Positions 37,201 through 53,153 of a stretch of DNA of 64,000 nt are shown here, one piece after another. The notes below the pieces were generated by a model, which did no database searches, was not told where the DNA came from, and was given only the letters and a program-made list of their open reading frames with translations. Position numbers and translations under genes: made by a program. The stretch lies in assembly GCA_040954595.2 (NCBI GenBank), contig CM082578.2, forward strand, positions 13,856,304-13,920,303. The letters are read 5' to 3'. The DNA comes from Balanoglossus misakiensis. Taxonomy: Eukaryota; Animalia; Hemichordata. Position 1 is the stretch's first letter. The number at the start of each line of letters is the position of its first letter.

Positions 37201-40200
37201 AGAAGGAAACTGCATTAAGTTTGCGCGGCAGGTTTCTAATATTAGCCAAAATTTGACGTTAGAATTTCATTTGGCAGAGAAGAGATTGTGATTGCAGGCT
37301 ACGGATTTAGAATTGTGGACAATGTACTTATAGGGATCCAGCTATTGCATGTCCCATATGAGGGATCATACAACATCATTTTATGCATAACCCGTTTTAT
37401 TTGAGCGCTTGCTTCTCGGCTAAGGAGGGAATCTTCATGGCGTCGCCATCTATCCAAGAGATTGTAATAACGTGGTTGTCCCTTTACGTTTGTATCGGTT
37501 AACTGGAGCGGATGACTATTTGATACGCCAGGTTTTGAAAACTGCGTACCATTTGGTTGCCTTGACACCCGATCCATGGTTATAATATAGTTAGAGTTCC
37601 CGGATGTTTCGATTTCGGTAGGCCAAGTTTATTAAACAACCGTTCACCATTATGCATTTAACATATAATGATGGATTCACCGAGTCGGAAGTAGACTTCT
37701 GTGGGATTTTGATTTTTGAGCCTTGCAACAGTGGGAGCGATTTGAGAGCAATTGCAATAAACATTGGAATCGCATTGAAATCGTACTGTGTCCATCAAGT
37801 CACGGTAATTTTTGGAACTGCGCAAACCCTCCCAGTCGCGTCATGTATTCTGTACAAACTTTACGTTACAATAGAAAGGAACAAAGCCTGGATAAACAGC
37901 TGTCGACATCCTAGGTGTACCAAAGCTTCAATCGTATTAACGATTTGAATTTACTACAGCGGTTTAACACAGCAAATAGTATCGGAACCATACTTGGATG
38001 AAACCGCGAACAAATACACTGTCCTTGGACAACAAGACATGACATAGGACTGTCAGTGGTATACCACTAAATTAGATTTGAAAACACATTCACCAATTCA
38101 AATACAACAACTCTTCGTGACTCGTCTTAATATTGGCATTAGAAGCACCATCTAACTTGACTGGTAAGAATGATTTGGAAAGAAAACCCATACCTACACA
38201 GTACAGCAGAACATCTCGCCGATACTCACATTAGAAACCAGGCCACATATCGTCCCAAAGTATATTCGGGCCATTTTCAAAAAAAGCTAAACTGCGCACA
38301 ACGGCAGCAGCTGCGAATGGAGTTATTGCATTTACAGTTCCAATGATCCGGGGCTTCGTTTCCTTTGGTTGGACCAGTGCAGCTGACATCCGGACTGAAA
38401 CGGATATTAAGCGGTTGACCCGCACGGAGAAGACCGATTAATTCTAAAATTAAAGAAGTATAGCTACGTTATTCTCCTCAAGTTCTACTCCATTGCTTAT
38501 GGATAGTTAACTCAACGCGTTGTATTTTGTATTATCTTGCCTAAACGAGTCTAGTAAACCAGGAAATGATATTCTTTATTTAAACAAGGATCGTCACGTG
38601 ATCAGACTCTTTTTGTGTACTGCACCAGGGAGGCTTAGTGAAAGCGATGTCGATTTAGTTATAGACATTTGTATACAGTACGATTTAATCCTCTTCCATC
38701 TAAAAAAAAAACCTTTGTGATTTTAAATTGGCATTTGTGACTTTGTTCAAGCAAATACAATAACCACAAAAAGACCTGGACAACTGTTATGAAGAAGTTG
38801 TATACATATATCGTGCGTTTTATGGCGAATTATCTCGTCGTCGCATCAATCTATTGATGGAATGCACAACAGAAACTTAATCGAAGAATTGGACAGAGTT
38901 TAAAAATCCCGTAGCTAAGGATAAAATGAATCATCGTGGCTACGACACAATATGGAATGATTCTCTGGCAAACATTGGCGAACAAAGCACCAACAATAGC
39001 AAACCAGCTCAACTTTGGCCTCTGGAACAATGTTGTGACATCTTGCATTGATTCCAAACATTACGCACAAAATTCACAATAGATCAATGGTAAGCCATAC
39101 ACAGAGTGATCCAATTGTAAGCTATCGAAAGAAATGTGATATCAGAGAGCTAACAGTCGATGTCTGCATAGTGTAATGGAAACGTGTCGGAGGACCAAGT
39201 AATTCTAACTGTTATTTAAGCGATTTCACACTTCTGAAATATGATACATGTAACCAGTGTGGGTCATCAGGATGGCGGTTGAAAGCACGTGGTCGCTGTG
39301 GGCATTGGTCGTTATGGAAACAGAACAAGAAGACATGAACATGGCGAAAGCAATCACATGCATAAACACGCTAATTAGACTCATTAGGCCCATGTGGCCG
39401 AAAGTCGATTTTATCTAGAGTGAGATTTCTTGTGATAGTCACATGGCCGACAAAAAGCAGGGGACTTTGAAACAACCACAACGCTACGATTATCACAATG
39501 ACATTGCGTAGACGACCAAGACTTCAATCCGACAGCCATATTGACTTGGAATGTTCATTTGGTGAACACGTGACACGATGAACAACAGTAGATCGGAATC
39601 CTTGAGATTCTCTATCATTGCAATTTGTTTCTTCAATTATATACTGGCAATACGAAGGACTGCCGAATGAAATAAATATGTATTGTGCGGCTTTCTTTGC
39701 GTGCCTGTAATTGCATCTTCGTGTATGTCTTGCTACTAACTACAAATTCGTGACAGATCTCTGCTGGTACGCAATGCGCAATGTACTAGAACATGGTGAC
39801 GTCGGCATTAATATGAATAACGCCCTCAACAGACGTCGCATTTGTGATATAGCCAACGACGCTGGACAAGAAATGCCCTTCAAATAATCTTGAAAATTAA
39901 ACGGCGGAAATAACGCTGAAAGTAAACAAAAATCCTTAAAATTGGTGGGGAATGACGCATCAGATATGGATATTCCTCTTTTTTTACATGTATAAGGCTG
40001 TTAACGTTATCATTGAATTTTGATAACGAAACATAATAATTATCGTTTGAGTATTAACCAACCACCAGAGGTAAATATTTCCTTGATAAAATCCAACTGC
40101 TATACTATGTTTCTGTGTATGAAGACGTTCGACAAAAATGGCTGCCAGTGAAACATAGATGGTGGGGGGATAAATCCTTCCGCTCTCCTTATCCGCTGTC

Positions 40201-43200
40201 CACTTCTGAATCACTTCAAGTACATGAACGGAGCAGACAAAAATAAAATCCTTAAATGCTTTTGAAACTACACTGTTGTCAAGATCATTCAAACGCTTGA
40301 AGGAAAGACAAATGGGAAACATTCGCCTTTTTTTCGTGTCATACTGTGGTTCTCGTTTAATATGAAGGTGCACATTCGCATCGTTTCAAAAAGACACACC
40401 AACCTTTCTCGCAATTAGTATCGCAAGCTGACACCACGGGCGAGAAACCGACACAAACAGGGGACATTCGTTCGTAAACGATTGTGTCGAACCGTGTGCC
40501 TATACTAGATATGCATCACAGCCTTGGGCGTCTAGATCCTAGACGTCTACGCTGATATAAATTTACTTGGAGATCCGTAGCTTTGGCATTAAGCTTTACT
40601 AGCGAAAAGCGCAACTGTCAAGGGTAGGCAATTACAATAGACTGCGCATGTTTTAAGACTCTGCCGCACTCTTAAAATTGTACTGTCGCTCTCTGGGTTG
40701 TAGTGAGAGGAAATACGATCGTGCAGGTTTTCGTCGTTATATCCGATTCATTGTAGTATAGTTTACATAGTGGTTGATGAGTAAAATAACAACAGTTTCT
40801 TGAGGAGTCTATGATTATATGTACTATTCTTATCGCCTTGACAATGACTTTCTGCAAAAATAACCTTCCGGGTGTTTTCACTTTGTTTAAAACAATTTAT
40901 GTCGTGGTCCATTGAACCAGACAGTCTTTAGTGATTCTCAACACGTAAATTATAAAATACCACCTGTTTCACTCTGTGGACAATGTAGAGATAAACTCTA
41001 AAACACGCTGATGGATGGTAATTGAATGGCTAAACCAATTTGTGAAGTGTTTGCACGCAGAACTTCAATCCAATCGATCACATTTACTCTGTAAAAGTTA
41101 CATTGTAAGATATTACTTTCATTCAACTGCTCATTTCACTCCAGCTACACAATACTGAGTACCAGGCAGGCCGTCCATAACAGGAATAAAGCCTACTGTG
41201 CCCAAGTGAGATTTCGGATGAATTTTCCTGAATGCGTCTCATTACACCGACTGTGTCTGATCGAGTGATGTCATTTCGTATAAAGTTTGCCCCAGTGTGT
41301 AGAGGATACAAATATTTAATTCACCAATTTTCCGAGAAGAATGTTGCAGTAATGGGGCCTGCTCAGAGGTTGACATTTCAGCCTATAAACTTTGACAACG
41401 TGTATAGAGGAGGCAGTGCACGAGGACAAAATCTCAGATATAAACCCGAGTGGACGAATTTTCGTCTGTACTGCCACCCATGTGGTGTCGTATAATTTGC
41501 CCTGGGTATAGAACACCGCAAACGTTGCGCTGCCAGACACATTCAAATGTCTACACGAAGGACTGAAGCACCTAATTGACTTAATTAAAAATTAATTTTG
41601 TGTCGCGGAAACACTAGGTTTAATTTGAGCGGCTTTAACTTTTGAAAATAATAGATTACACTCAATCATCGTCAACCTGGGTGCACGGCGATCCACTCAT
41701 AGAAACTATTGAATTATGAATACTGGGCACAGCTGATGAATAATTCACCATGACCCGTGTCAGCTGGTGTTATACGAGCGACTGACCTTAAAAGTTTAAA
41801 ATTTACAACGTCATCAGAATATCCAGCTAATATTTTCGGCAACTTCTACACCTTAAGACGCCCCGGAAATCAACCTTTCCTTCATTGCTTTTGTGGACCA
41901 ATGTTGGTTGAAAACAGCACAATTTTCCCAAAAGTCAAACCAATTACCAGTTCCTTTATATCAGCAGTTACTGCCACACATGGCTTTATTAAAGAACCTA
42001 TTTGCATTATTAGCAGGGATAAACCGTGTTTTCTTGTCTTGAATATTTGCCTACATGAAACATTAAACAGTCGAACTGGAGGATTTCAGGGCACTGGGCC
42101 TACAGGAACGAGGGACAGAAGTCAGAGTCGATTTTGCGACCTGTCCTGTTTAATAAAGTGGTAAATAAGGAGGACGGCAGTGAATTCACAAGGAAACACT
42201 TTTGGATACGTGTATAAAAATAATGCAATATTATCATGTGCATCAGAACACCTAATCGCATGGTAACAGTCACATTCTGACATGACTCATGTATTCAAGT
42301 CATACATGTATTGGAAAGATCGCCTTGTTGTGTCCCAATTATTGGCTTATCTTTTTTCCAGGGTCACAGTATTTTATTGCTGAGACTAGGAAACTTACTG
42401 CGAGTCATAATTTTTAAGCGATCATACTATATTCAATATTGCAGGTCCAAGTAGGTTTGCAATAGTTATTCAGTTTATTTGTTTTTCTAAATTGAACTTG
42501 CAGTTAATCACATATCCTTGCCCACGATGTCAAGTGAAAGTAATATTGGCAAAACGACACACGCTGTTATAGGCTTTGGAAACTTAATAAACATGTATTC
42601 GTGTCGCTTTTAAGGATTACCATGCATGATGGAATATACCACTTGTCGAGTGCTTGTTCCCGCACCATGGTTATTGCCATACGGTGCGCTCTAATACGTC
42701 CACTATCATTGTTCGAATATTTATCAAGTTGACATTTGAATAGGCCATGTCAGCATATAGAACAACAGGTGCTAATGCCAAGCTATTGGGAAAATCTGAA
42801 CAGTTATTGTGAGGGCTTTTTGTTTAGCACTATAGAAATAATCTTGTCTTCTACGAGGTCATATTGTGAAATGCCCAGATTTGTTCTTCGTTTTAAGTCC
42901 GTATTGGTATTAAAAGCAAATTGTGAGTTCAGGAAAGGTTACTGGAAATATGTGCGGCAGAGCCTAAGAGGAAATTAAGGGAGGCTGTACGAGAAGTGCC
43001 TCCGAGACTACAATCAACATTGTGGCATACATGCCAACTGCAAAGTTATGAAAGATATAAGTAACTCATCAGCATTTCATTTCATGTAATGTAAGGAATG
43101 GTCTACGTACACCTGAACGCATACTATTGTCATAAAACGTTATCACAATGCATTCAAATATGTTTTGCCCACAAATCGTACAATCACGACTGTTGTTTTT

Positions 43201-44350
43201 TAATCCATGCAGACCCTGACCTCTGATAAGTGCAAACTACGAAGGTTACACTAGTGTGACTAACACAGCAAGCTTGTTACTACTTCCGAAAATGTACACA
43301 TACTGGGTGTTTGTCATGGTTTATTAAACCGATTCAACTTGTTCTCAGTTCAACTGCTATTATTTCTATACACGGGAGGTTAATTGGAAACACTATATGA
43401 GGTAGAGGGTAGTTTGGTCACCCCTCAACAATGTCACGGCAGCCTATTGATACAGATTTGGCATTATCAAATTGAAAGCCGTCAACATTTGATTGTAAGA
43501 AGGTAAAAAACACTCTGCCATTGATTAGGTATGGCCTTTGGCACTAATTAACCGGTGATAACTTTAATGATTCTGTTGGACGTGATTTTTGCCACTAAAA
43601 ATAAGAACTCTGAGTGAACTTGGCTCTGTGACATACAACAAGACAGCTACAGATTTAGCACAATGTAACCGGGCTTGATGATGGAAAGAACATGCGCCAA
43701 ACATAGAAAAAAAGCTACTGCTTTTAGCCATAATACAGCACATTGCCGTTTGTTTACAATCGGCTATAGGTAAAGTGAATTTCTTTTTCATATTTCGACA
43801 TCAAATTCATTTTCAAATTTACCAGGACTTTGGAACAGTCTGATATAAGAATAATATAATGATGAAAATTGCCAGGCGGCTCAACGCTGGAGGTAATTGG
43901 CATTTGCCAGAAGACCATATATCGGAAAAACTATAAAGCACTTGAAAAGTTTACGACTATGATATACACCGCAAAGTTCTGCCATCAATAAATTTAAACT
44001 AACAAGGTCTCTCACAGGCCAATATGATGGGAATTAACTTCTTATAACGGAATTACAACAGGATGACACCAGTGAAAGAATGTATACTTGTAGATTCTTT
44101 TAATAATTTACAACTGAATATGTGTACACTGTGTACCTGAAATCACTTCCTACTCGAGGTTGTTTTAATTCCAAACGCCATAAAAACGTCCCACCTCAAT
44201 CCCATTCCATTTTAATTTACCGCTCGTGTGGCATAGCTATAACTAAAAATAACGGCAACGCTAGAGCTTCCAGCAGATATGTCATGCAGATATTTGCCTG
44301 CCAAGACATTGCCAGCGCAGTGTTTGAAAATAACTAAAATAATACTAATT

Positions 44351-44380
44351 ATCATCATCATCATCATCATCATTATTATT
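44351..44380 (+). repeat. (ATC)n(ATT)n microsatellite
   Basis: atcatcatcatcatcatcatcattattatt. Confidence 0.85.
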
Positions 44381-47300
44381 TAATCAGATATCGAATATGC
44401 ACACTTTCAATCAAAGGCAGAGAAATCCAAATGACTGGCATCTCGCCTTACACTTTTTTTCACAGGTGCGATAGGGGGCAGAATGGGCCAGGACCCTAAC
44501 AAAAAATAACTTCATCACTTTATTTCATTTTCGTTTCTTGAATGGAGCATGCAGTCGAAAATTGGTCAATTGCTTTTGTGACATCTACCGTATATGGAGG
44601 GTTTCCCAATTGGCTGTACTGTACCTCACATACACCTGTTAGTATTGAATTCGAACGCCACAATGATCAGATTATAATAAAACAGGGGCATACGTGTACG
44701 CCGGCCCGAGATTTGTCTCACACACTCACAGGAATAAAAATGACATTTGCTGTCAGCAAACACGTCGATTTGCTACCCCCTCTGGCATCATGGTCTTTGC
44801 CTGACGTTGATGCATCGATTGGGAAAGTAATGGAGACCTCTGCACAATGGCACGGCCAGGTACACGCAACTTATCCATCTGAGGGATGTCGCTGCATTCT
44901 AACGTGATTAAGTAACTATTCCCAACTTGAAGGAAAGTTTAATGGCCTGCCTACATGAACACCACTAAAACCACTGACAACCTAATTGCATTTTTCAAAT
45001 TTGACTTAAAATTGAAATAAAATTGATATCATGAAACATTCCTACATGTGACCTCATGTGAACACGTTTCAAAATGTGGCCCATATGCCCACCACTAAAA
45101 TAAATTCGCCAGAAGAGCAATTTCCAGACTGTACTGAATAAATGCATTGTGCGAATGTTGTAAATTACTAATAAAGGTAGATCTGTGCAGTTTTATATTC
45201 GGAAGTATGAAAATTATTACATGCAAATATACATAGTAAAGTATTAGAGAATAATAATCACTTGTATTGGCTTTTTTCTTACGTCCATTATTTGTACACC
45301 AAATATGTACACTAAAAGATAGGTGATCATAAATGCATAACTTTGCAGTGAAGTGCGTCGAAAAGAATATCCGCAAATAGATCAGAAACAACTGCATACA
45401 GACAGGAAGTATGGTGTTAATATAAAAGCGTATTGAGTATGATTTCTGAGATGTTCCATGATTTGCAGTCTTGAGATTCATTAGGGCTACATGTACGGTG
45501 ACCGATATAAATATTTGTCAGCTAGCCATTCATCACTTCCTTCCTTTCTGCGGGAAATGTAAAATAATTTTAACACTTTTGATTGATATTCTAGCGGTTG
45601 CGAACACAGCACGTGGTGGTTAATGGTATGAAAGCATTGGTCTTTGCACGGATCCTTTTAAATTCCTCGGGTGCTAACCAGCGACATTGACCAGAAGTAT
45701 CTAGTCAGGGAAATGCAGCCCCTGTTACACGCAGGCTGCGTCGGACAGATGTACAATTCTGAAAATTCTTTCATTTCTAATTGTGAATAACCTCTGGTAT
45801 TTGCACAACTGTTTACTTTTGGGGTTTAAAAGGAACGACTCCGTCGACACTTTGTAAACTGTCAGTGCAGTTGCGAGGACTGCTGATAAAAGAATATAGC
45901 GTATATAGATTATTTTGTCTCTCATAAAATTAAGACAGTAAAACATAAGCTGTGAGTTCCCACGAGCAAGCGTCGGAAACCAGTCAAGCTGAAATCTGTA
46001 CTTAGTCAGAGGCACTTGTATAGTAACAAAATTAACAATGATTTGGGAGGGCATTTGGTATTAAAAGGAAAGTTATGCGCTATTATTGGCAGATAAGTGA
46101 TGGAAACCTCAGCTCAAATATGCTTGTTCCACCATCTGTTTCAGACTCTCTTTACGACTATTGAATTTCGCGAAAAATGTATTAACAAACATGTCAAATG
46201 TATATTAATGTTACGGTGATTAACCTCCATTATTTATCAGGTTTTATAAACTCCTGTCAAGAATGACGTCGACAACGAATTACGTATTCATTGATAATGG
46301 GTTTCTGATGGTGCAACATCCCTATCTTTCAGCTAGTTTGTTATCCTGTATTTAATCTGTTTTCATTCCTATTTGATCGCAGCGTATTTGAGAGAAGACC
46401 AATCGCAACGCTGAACCAAGTGACGCTTGAGTATTGCTCAGTGGCTGCATCAGACAAAACGGGCTCGCTCCACTGGCCACAGTTGCCAAGTGACTACGCC
46501 GTTTAAAAAAGAGGCCTGCAAGCCACAGCGATAAACGCTGGTTCGAGGTAAGGCGTAGACTTTACTTTCTCTCATTCAAAATCAAAGCCGTTGTCATGGT
46601 GATTCATTTCAAAAGAATGGCACTAAATGGCTTTGCACGCGGGACACGCATATACTCTGAAGGAGTGTGTATCAATCGGGATGCATATCCTAACACATCA
46701 CCTTTGATCACTGACACTTTCAACGAAAAGGATTGATCGATCATGCGACTTTTTTATGGTTAAAGTATCCGCTCTCAAGTGAGGGATCCATTATAACTCT
46801 AAATGGCACCCACGAGGCAGGGTATAATCAATGTCAGTGTATTTCAATTACAAGTGAAAGAATGGGCGTTCATCACGGCATCTGATTTGTACAATGATAA
46901 AATGTAACCGGACGCAATATTTTACTGAGGCATTTTTTCATGCACAAACACACAGTGTATGTATGATATATGGGAACAAAATCAATGTTAACATGAAAAA
47001 TATAAAATACACGTAATCAGTAATACATGTATTTTGAAACCCAAATTGAAATACGTGGTCCTAAATAGATGACAGTTTAGTTTAACCCCATCGCCCAGAA
47101 GATGTGAACGAATTTAGTACGAACACTGAACTTATCTTAATGGAATGGAATTGTGCGCAATCAGAGACAAAATTAACATCACCTTCACTGGCCTGCATCG
47201 CCGTTTAATTAGGAAATGGGAATGACTGATATTAACCAAAGCCCTAGTCGTGCTTCAGACGATGCAATGTTAACAACTTTCAGGTCAAATGTTAACAACG

Positions 47301-50300
47301 AGAAAAGTCAGAAGTGAGCACCATCGGGTGTACACGCTTGGGGCCTGAGTTTGCAAGTTACAACTACCACAACGAGACAGGCGTACACAACACATTACGC
47401 TGTCAAATGTTGGCTGTGTCTTGGTACTAGGCTTCATTTAACTCAAATCAATATTTCTTTATAATGATAAAATATTTAAACTTTCAAACCTGCATAATAC
47501 AGTACTTAGATATCATTTTCAGGAATTCAGAACAGTTCCGTGATCGCGAACGCTACCGTGTTAATTGAACCACATTTGAGTGAATTTTGAATTGCACTTA
47601 TAGTTTGTGTCAGGAATCAGAAATCAATTTGTCAAGAAAGCAAAATACGTGAACATGCGTAAGAAAGAAATTATAATCGTGGTACTGTAATTTGATCTTC
47701 AACCATGGTGACGTATTCATAAGCAGTTCAGCAGAAAGACCAATGATATTAAATAATCGACTATGAACAGCAAGATTATATTGTTTATATGCCAACAACT
47801 ATTGCGTGCCTGCAGATCATTCCTGCCAATTACATGGCTACATTTACAGTGTGTCTAGAACTCTACTTAACTCATCTGTCCTTGAATACAGGCAAAACCA
47901 GGGGTAAATAAAAATGATTGAGAAGTTTGAATAGTATATTTTGTCTCTCATAGAAAGGATTTTCTCTGTATGCGTCTCAACAGGTTTGTTCATATATTCT
48001 TAAAAACACAGAATTTAAAACTGACATTTCAATAAATTCATTATAAGGACATGTACCGGTGCATTATGGTTCCATTGAGGCGCGTGGTTGAGTGGATGGT
48101 TCCATTCATGACGAGGAACATGGTATTTCGAAAGGCAATATTTATTTTCATGTTGGCATTTTGGGATTACCACAGATCATTTATTCATGAGGTGTATTAG
48201 TCTTTGGACTGGTAATTTGCATCTTTCTCGTCCGAAATAGGTTGTATTTTTTCATGGCGTTCGACTAATTGCATCCGACTATAAGGGAATAGACCGAGCG
48301 ATATTTTATGGTCAGTGCTTGCTCTTTGGGGTTCTGATTCTCGTTTCTCGTACCTTCTCTCATTGATGAATAAAATCACGTGGTTGGGGAAGCGAGATTT
48401 GAAAGCATTGTCTGCGAGGCTGATATTAATAGCTGGAACAGCCAACAACCATCTGTTGTGGCCTTGATTGATTGCTAATGGATGTATGCTGTCTGATTAT
48501 TTGGTTTCCTATGCCGGGTACTTTAAATCGGAGAGGTTCACGGTCACAATGAAGAAAATTCACAAAATTATTATTTGTTTTGAATGTTATTTTAACCAAG
48601 GTCATAGAAAATTTGAAAAAATTCCACTGAAACCATGTGTTCACTGCCATCACTTGACCGGACGCCAGAACTCCATTCGATTCAATTTTCAAGAATCATT
48701 CGTTGAATTTCGATGGAAATATTTCACAGACAGACCATATTGTTAGTCTGGCTGAACACGCAAAGCTAATCTGTTCAGATGATAAGCGCCTGCATTATAC
48801 GTCTGTTCAATTCGGTTATGTGGAGTAATCAATTTGCACTGACATGTGTCAATAAAAACTTAATTAGGAATAGTTCCAAAAAAGATAACACATCAAACAT
48901 CAACGCCGTTCAGACTTAAATGTTGAACCAGAAACGACTTGATCGCCCTTTCATCAGAACCATCTACATTGATTGACAAGCATTTCAACAGTTGACCAAG
49001 TATTTAGTAAGCGATTTATTACCTGTATTGTTAATGTTTTCTACGAAGAATGGGATCACCTTAGTTCAAGGAAATTACACATGGTGATGCCATATCGCAA
49101 AGCATGGTCGCCAAAATTAGCACCTAAAGTAGTTTGAAGTTTCAAAGTCACTTGATGAATGTGACCCTTGTGTTATTGCGCTTTCATGACTCGCTTTTCT
49201 GTGCCGACCTAAATTTGGTATGAAACACTTAGGTTAATCTCTATATCACAAAGTTCACAGAATTGGCATTAACGCATTGTAGTTTGCGTAGTAATCAGAG
49301 GTAACTATAGACTCAACTTATTTGTACACACAAGGCTACGTTACAGTCTCATTGTGCTGAATCAGAGAGCAATCCTTGATATCCACATAATGGCTTCAGT
49401 AATGAAAATATCAACACAAGTGATGCACACATTTGCACCAAAGTGTACATGCAGAGAAGCTAATGTATCCATCCCAACCCAACACAACACAATGACATGT
49501 ACATTCACATGTAGAGCTGTCAGATTTGCATGCAAAGTCCTAGTATTTTCCATCCAATCGAATTGCGTTAAACTAGTTTGTGAAAACTATGGAGTGGTGT
49601 ACTGATTAAATTGGAATGATATTCATCAGTTGAGACATTGACTGCAGCATCGAATCGCATATATTATAGAAGGTACCCATAGTAACAGCGTCATATGCAA
49701 ACACTTGTGTACTGTAACTTGTGTTGCACTAAACAGATCAACAGTAAAACATGTCCGTCTCAATTAACAGCCTAATTTAGCACTAGATCGTGTCACCACA
49801 ATTATCTTTTCAGATAAACCAGATTACCAGAACATTGCCAGGGCATACTACATACCGTACATTCGTTTGATAAAGATCGTTGGCTCATTAAAATTTGAGA
49901 CTGTGATAAACTCGCGGCAACTTTTACATGTAACACGTGAATTATTCAACACAAGAGAAAGGTTAACATGGTTATACAATGGTAATTAGCGTCGCTGCTC
50001 TTACAGTTCGTAGATTGAATGGCCCAGTAATGATGTGAAATGGACACATCAATATGTACATCGTATTCCCATGAAAAACATTTCCTAGATACCATTTTAC
50101 TGCCGACTAATGCACAATTGCTAAAAATGCCAAACAATTGGCACTGTGACATCGTGTCAACATGACACAGTCGTTCGTTATAACCTTTCCATTAAGTCAA
50201 GTAAGATATTTTTGAGCAAACGACACAAAACTACTCACAAAACTAGCCATAAAAACCCAAATCAATATGAACATTTTATAACTCTACATAGAGTTTGATG

Positions 50301-53078
50301 TTTTTTGTTTCTTTTGAAGAATAGCCGTACACTTTACTTATCGAAATCAAAAAGAGTTGATTGATGGGTGAGAAATAACTTTATTACTATGAAGCGTTAT
50401 AATTGCAGGCCATTTTCTGTGGTAAACATGTTACTCCTTCACAAACAAATGCCAAAATCATATGGTTAATTGATTTAGTCCTCACAGGGTCACAGTTACT
50501 AAAAGATCAGGTGAAATAAAAAGAACTATGAAATGTTATGACTAAGCGGCACAGCTCTATCGAAATTCACTCAACAGTGTAAACCCTGACACTATTTTTT
50601 ACAAGTGGTCGGGAACATTCACTTTTATAGCGTGTTGTAAAATGGAGTGTGGATGGTAGATTACACAACAGCGATGGTGGCACTAGAAAGGCACTAAACG
50701 TATATTGCTTGTAAGTGTTGCAGGTCAGATTCATAGTGTGACTTCTGTATTCATCTGTAGTTTGGAAATGACACTCCCTGTGGTCGTCGAGGTACAAAGC
50801 TTATCTTATGAAGATGAATAATGTTGACCTTTGTGGTCGACTGACCGAGACTAGTCACCAGACGCCGTACTGTGTTTCGGAGTCCAATCGTTGGTCAGGT
50901 TCTCACTGTCTCCAGATTTATTACTGATTAACGAGGCGGTTTTCATCGTGTGCCTTGAATAATTTTCATCACTGAACAGAAAGGCGATGGCACTTGGCAT
51001 CTTCAACCTTAATATTGTGGACAGCGCTGCATTCATTCATCCCACGAGCAATTTGATTTGAGCCGAGTTGATAACGACATGCCAGCAGGGCTAACACAAC
51101 ACTCGGCATACTGATGGAAAGTCAATTTCCTGTTTTGTTCATTTATGGAAATGATGGAAAAATATATTTTCTCTCGAGGTATGATACCGACAGGACTGGA
51201 AGGGCTAAGAAATGAAGAACCGGTGGGTGGTTGCTCGTTTTGGCGACTGTAAAGATCTTCCAGTCTGTTAAAAAGGAAGGTGGTAAAACCTTATGTCCTG
51301 GGCTATAAGATGTAATGAGAAGTTACAACCACAGTTTTGTTTGTGCTCTAACTTATAAGTTATCTAGTCACTTTCGCGGGGAAAGAAAGGAGAGGGTGGC
51401 AGATGTCAGTTTTTTATAGTTTGCGTTAGCTGTATTAAATACAAAACCGTTTGCAAAGGTCATGCAGTGGGACCCTGGTATCAATGATTGATACATTTAT
51501 AGTTCTCTGCTAGTTTTGTGTTGCCTGTCTGCTTGATAATTTGCGTTTGGGAATGTCGAGGAACCGGGGGCCAATCGATCAATTGGGTCGTCACCCCGGG
51601 GCAGAACAAGCAGAAGGGGTTGATAGTGAATTAGTCTGGTATTTTAAATCGATACTTTATGCCCTTTGACAATGTCCCCACGGACTGCTTACATTTGTTC
51701 GTCGTGGACACAAACTCGACTCGCGTTTAAAAATCAATTGCACGGATAAATAGCACACTGCAATGGCGCCTTGATGCTATTGCAAATACGATTAGTAAAG
51801 CTTTGGTGCTATATCTGTTATAAACACGACAGCGATAACATCAACAAAGCTACTCTCCCTACCTCCCCTCTCTCAAAGCGATGACATCGCCAAAACTCTA
51901 CTCCTTCCCTGTCTCTCTGCATCTATGTCTGCACGCCTCTCTAAACCCTTGTCCATAACTGTCATAAACTACATGTACGCGCACACTTTTTGCATATTGA
52001 AATTTAATTCTTGGTTAAACATTAACTAACGACTGCAGTATAGATGTTTACGCCTTCCCCTTGCGGACAAGATGAGATAATGCGGGTCTTTCGGAGTTGA
52101 TTACTGGACAACTCACTCGCTTTCCAATTTACCCTGGCCACCAGTAGTAGCATGCTGTCATCATCTCAAATTCGAGTTGATATAGGCTGCTAAGACAAGA
52201 ACGGTTAGCCATCTGTACTCTGTGGCAAAAGCTTAATAGTGTTATAGGTTTTGTCTGTACATGTCACTCACCACAACCGCTAACAAGTCTTTATATGGCC
52301 ACATTTGAAAATAGGAAAGGCTAATTTGGCTACATTAGAAAGTGGACACAATCAATAATAATTCACTACCGAAACCGGTGCAATTGGTCCATCCTGGAAA
52401 AAAACGTTGCTGTGCAATTACAAACGGACATACGATCGAATTTTACGAGACACAAATTTGCTGATACGAATTTTCACCATTTGGTAATTAGACACTTGTC
52501 TCAGTCATCAAAGAGTTTGCTGCAATCGAAGATGGATCAATGAAATCCAGTATACCGTTTCCGTAACTCTTAATTTAGCAAGTTACCATGGGAACTCTTT
52601 ACGCGCGTTTCATGGCAGGGTGTGGTTGAGGCAAATTGACTTTGAAGGGCCTTTGAAGAGTCTGTCACGTGGTTCTGCTTTTAACAGTGAACACGTAGTG
52701 CATGGCTTGTTACAGCGAGTATCAGTTTTCGTTCAACGCATTTAGCGACTGACAGCAAATTCGTTATTTTAAGGTAGGTCTACTTATTAGCACTTTGATC
52801 ATTTTGCCCATCAATTACAATTACTGTAATTAATGACAAAACAGAAAATGTGTGTAGTCTACAAGCTATCGAATAAGAACACTGTTTTCTTCATCTCACA
52901 TACTATTGACAGGCATTGCAGAAGAACAGGTTTGAATTTAGGATTTTGTTACATGATCTAGGCAATGTATAAAGGCAGTTTGCAATAAGAAAACATGTCC
53001 GTTCATACATTGGTTTATCAAAATAGAGATGAGGTCTTTGTGAAAAACACTGCGTTTGGAAACAAAAAGGAATTTATT

Positions 53079-53153
53079 GAGAAAGAGAGATGAGGGAGGG
53101 ACAGCGAGGGAGTCGGTCTGAGAGAGAGAGAGGGGGAGGGAGAGACAGAGAGA
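53079..53153 (+). repeat. Purine-rich (GA)n tract
   Basis: gagaaagagagatgagggaggg...agagagagagagggggagggagagacagagag. Confidence 0.75.
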
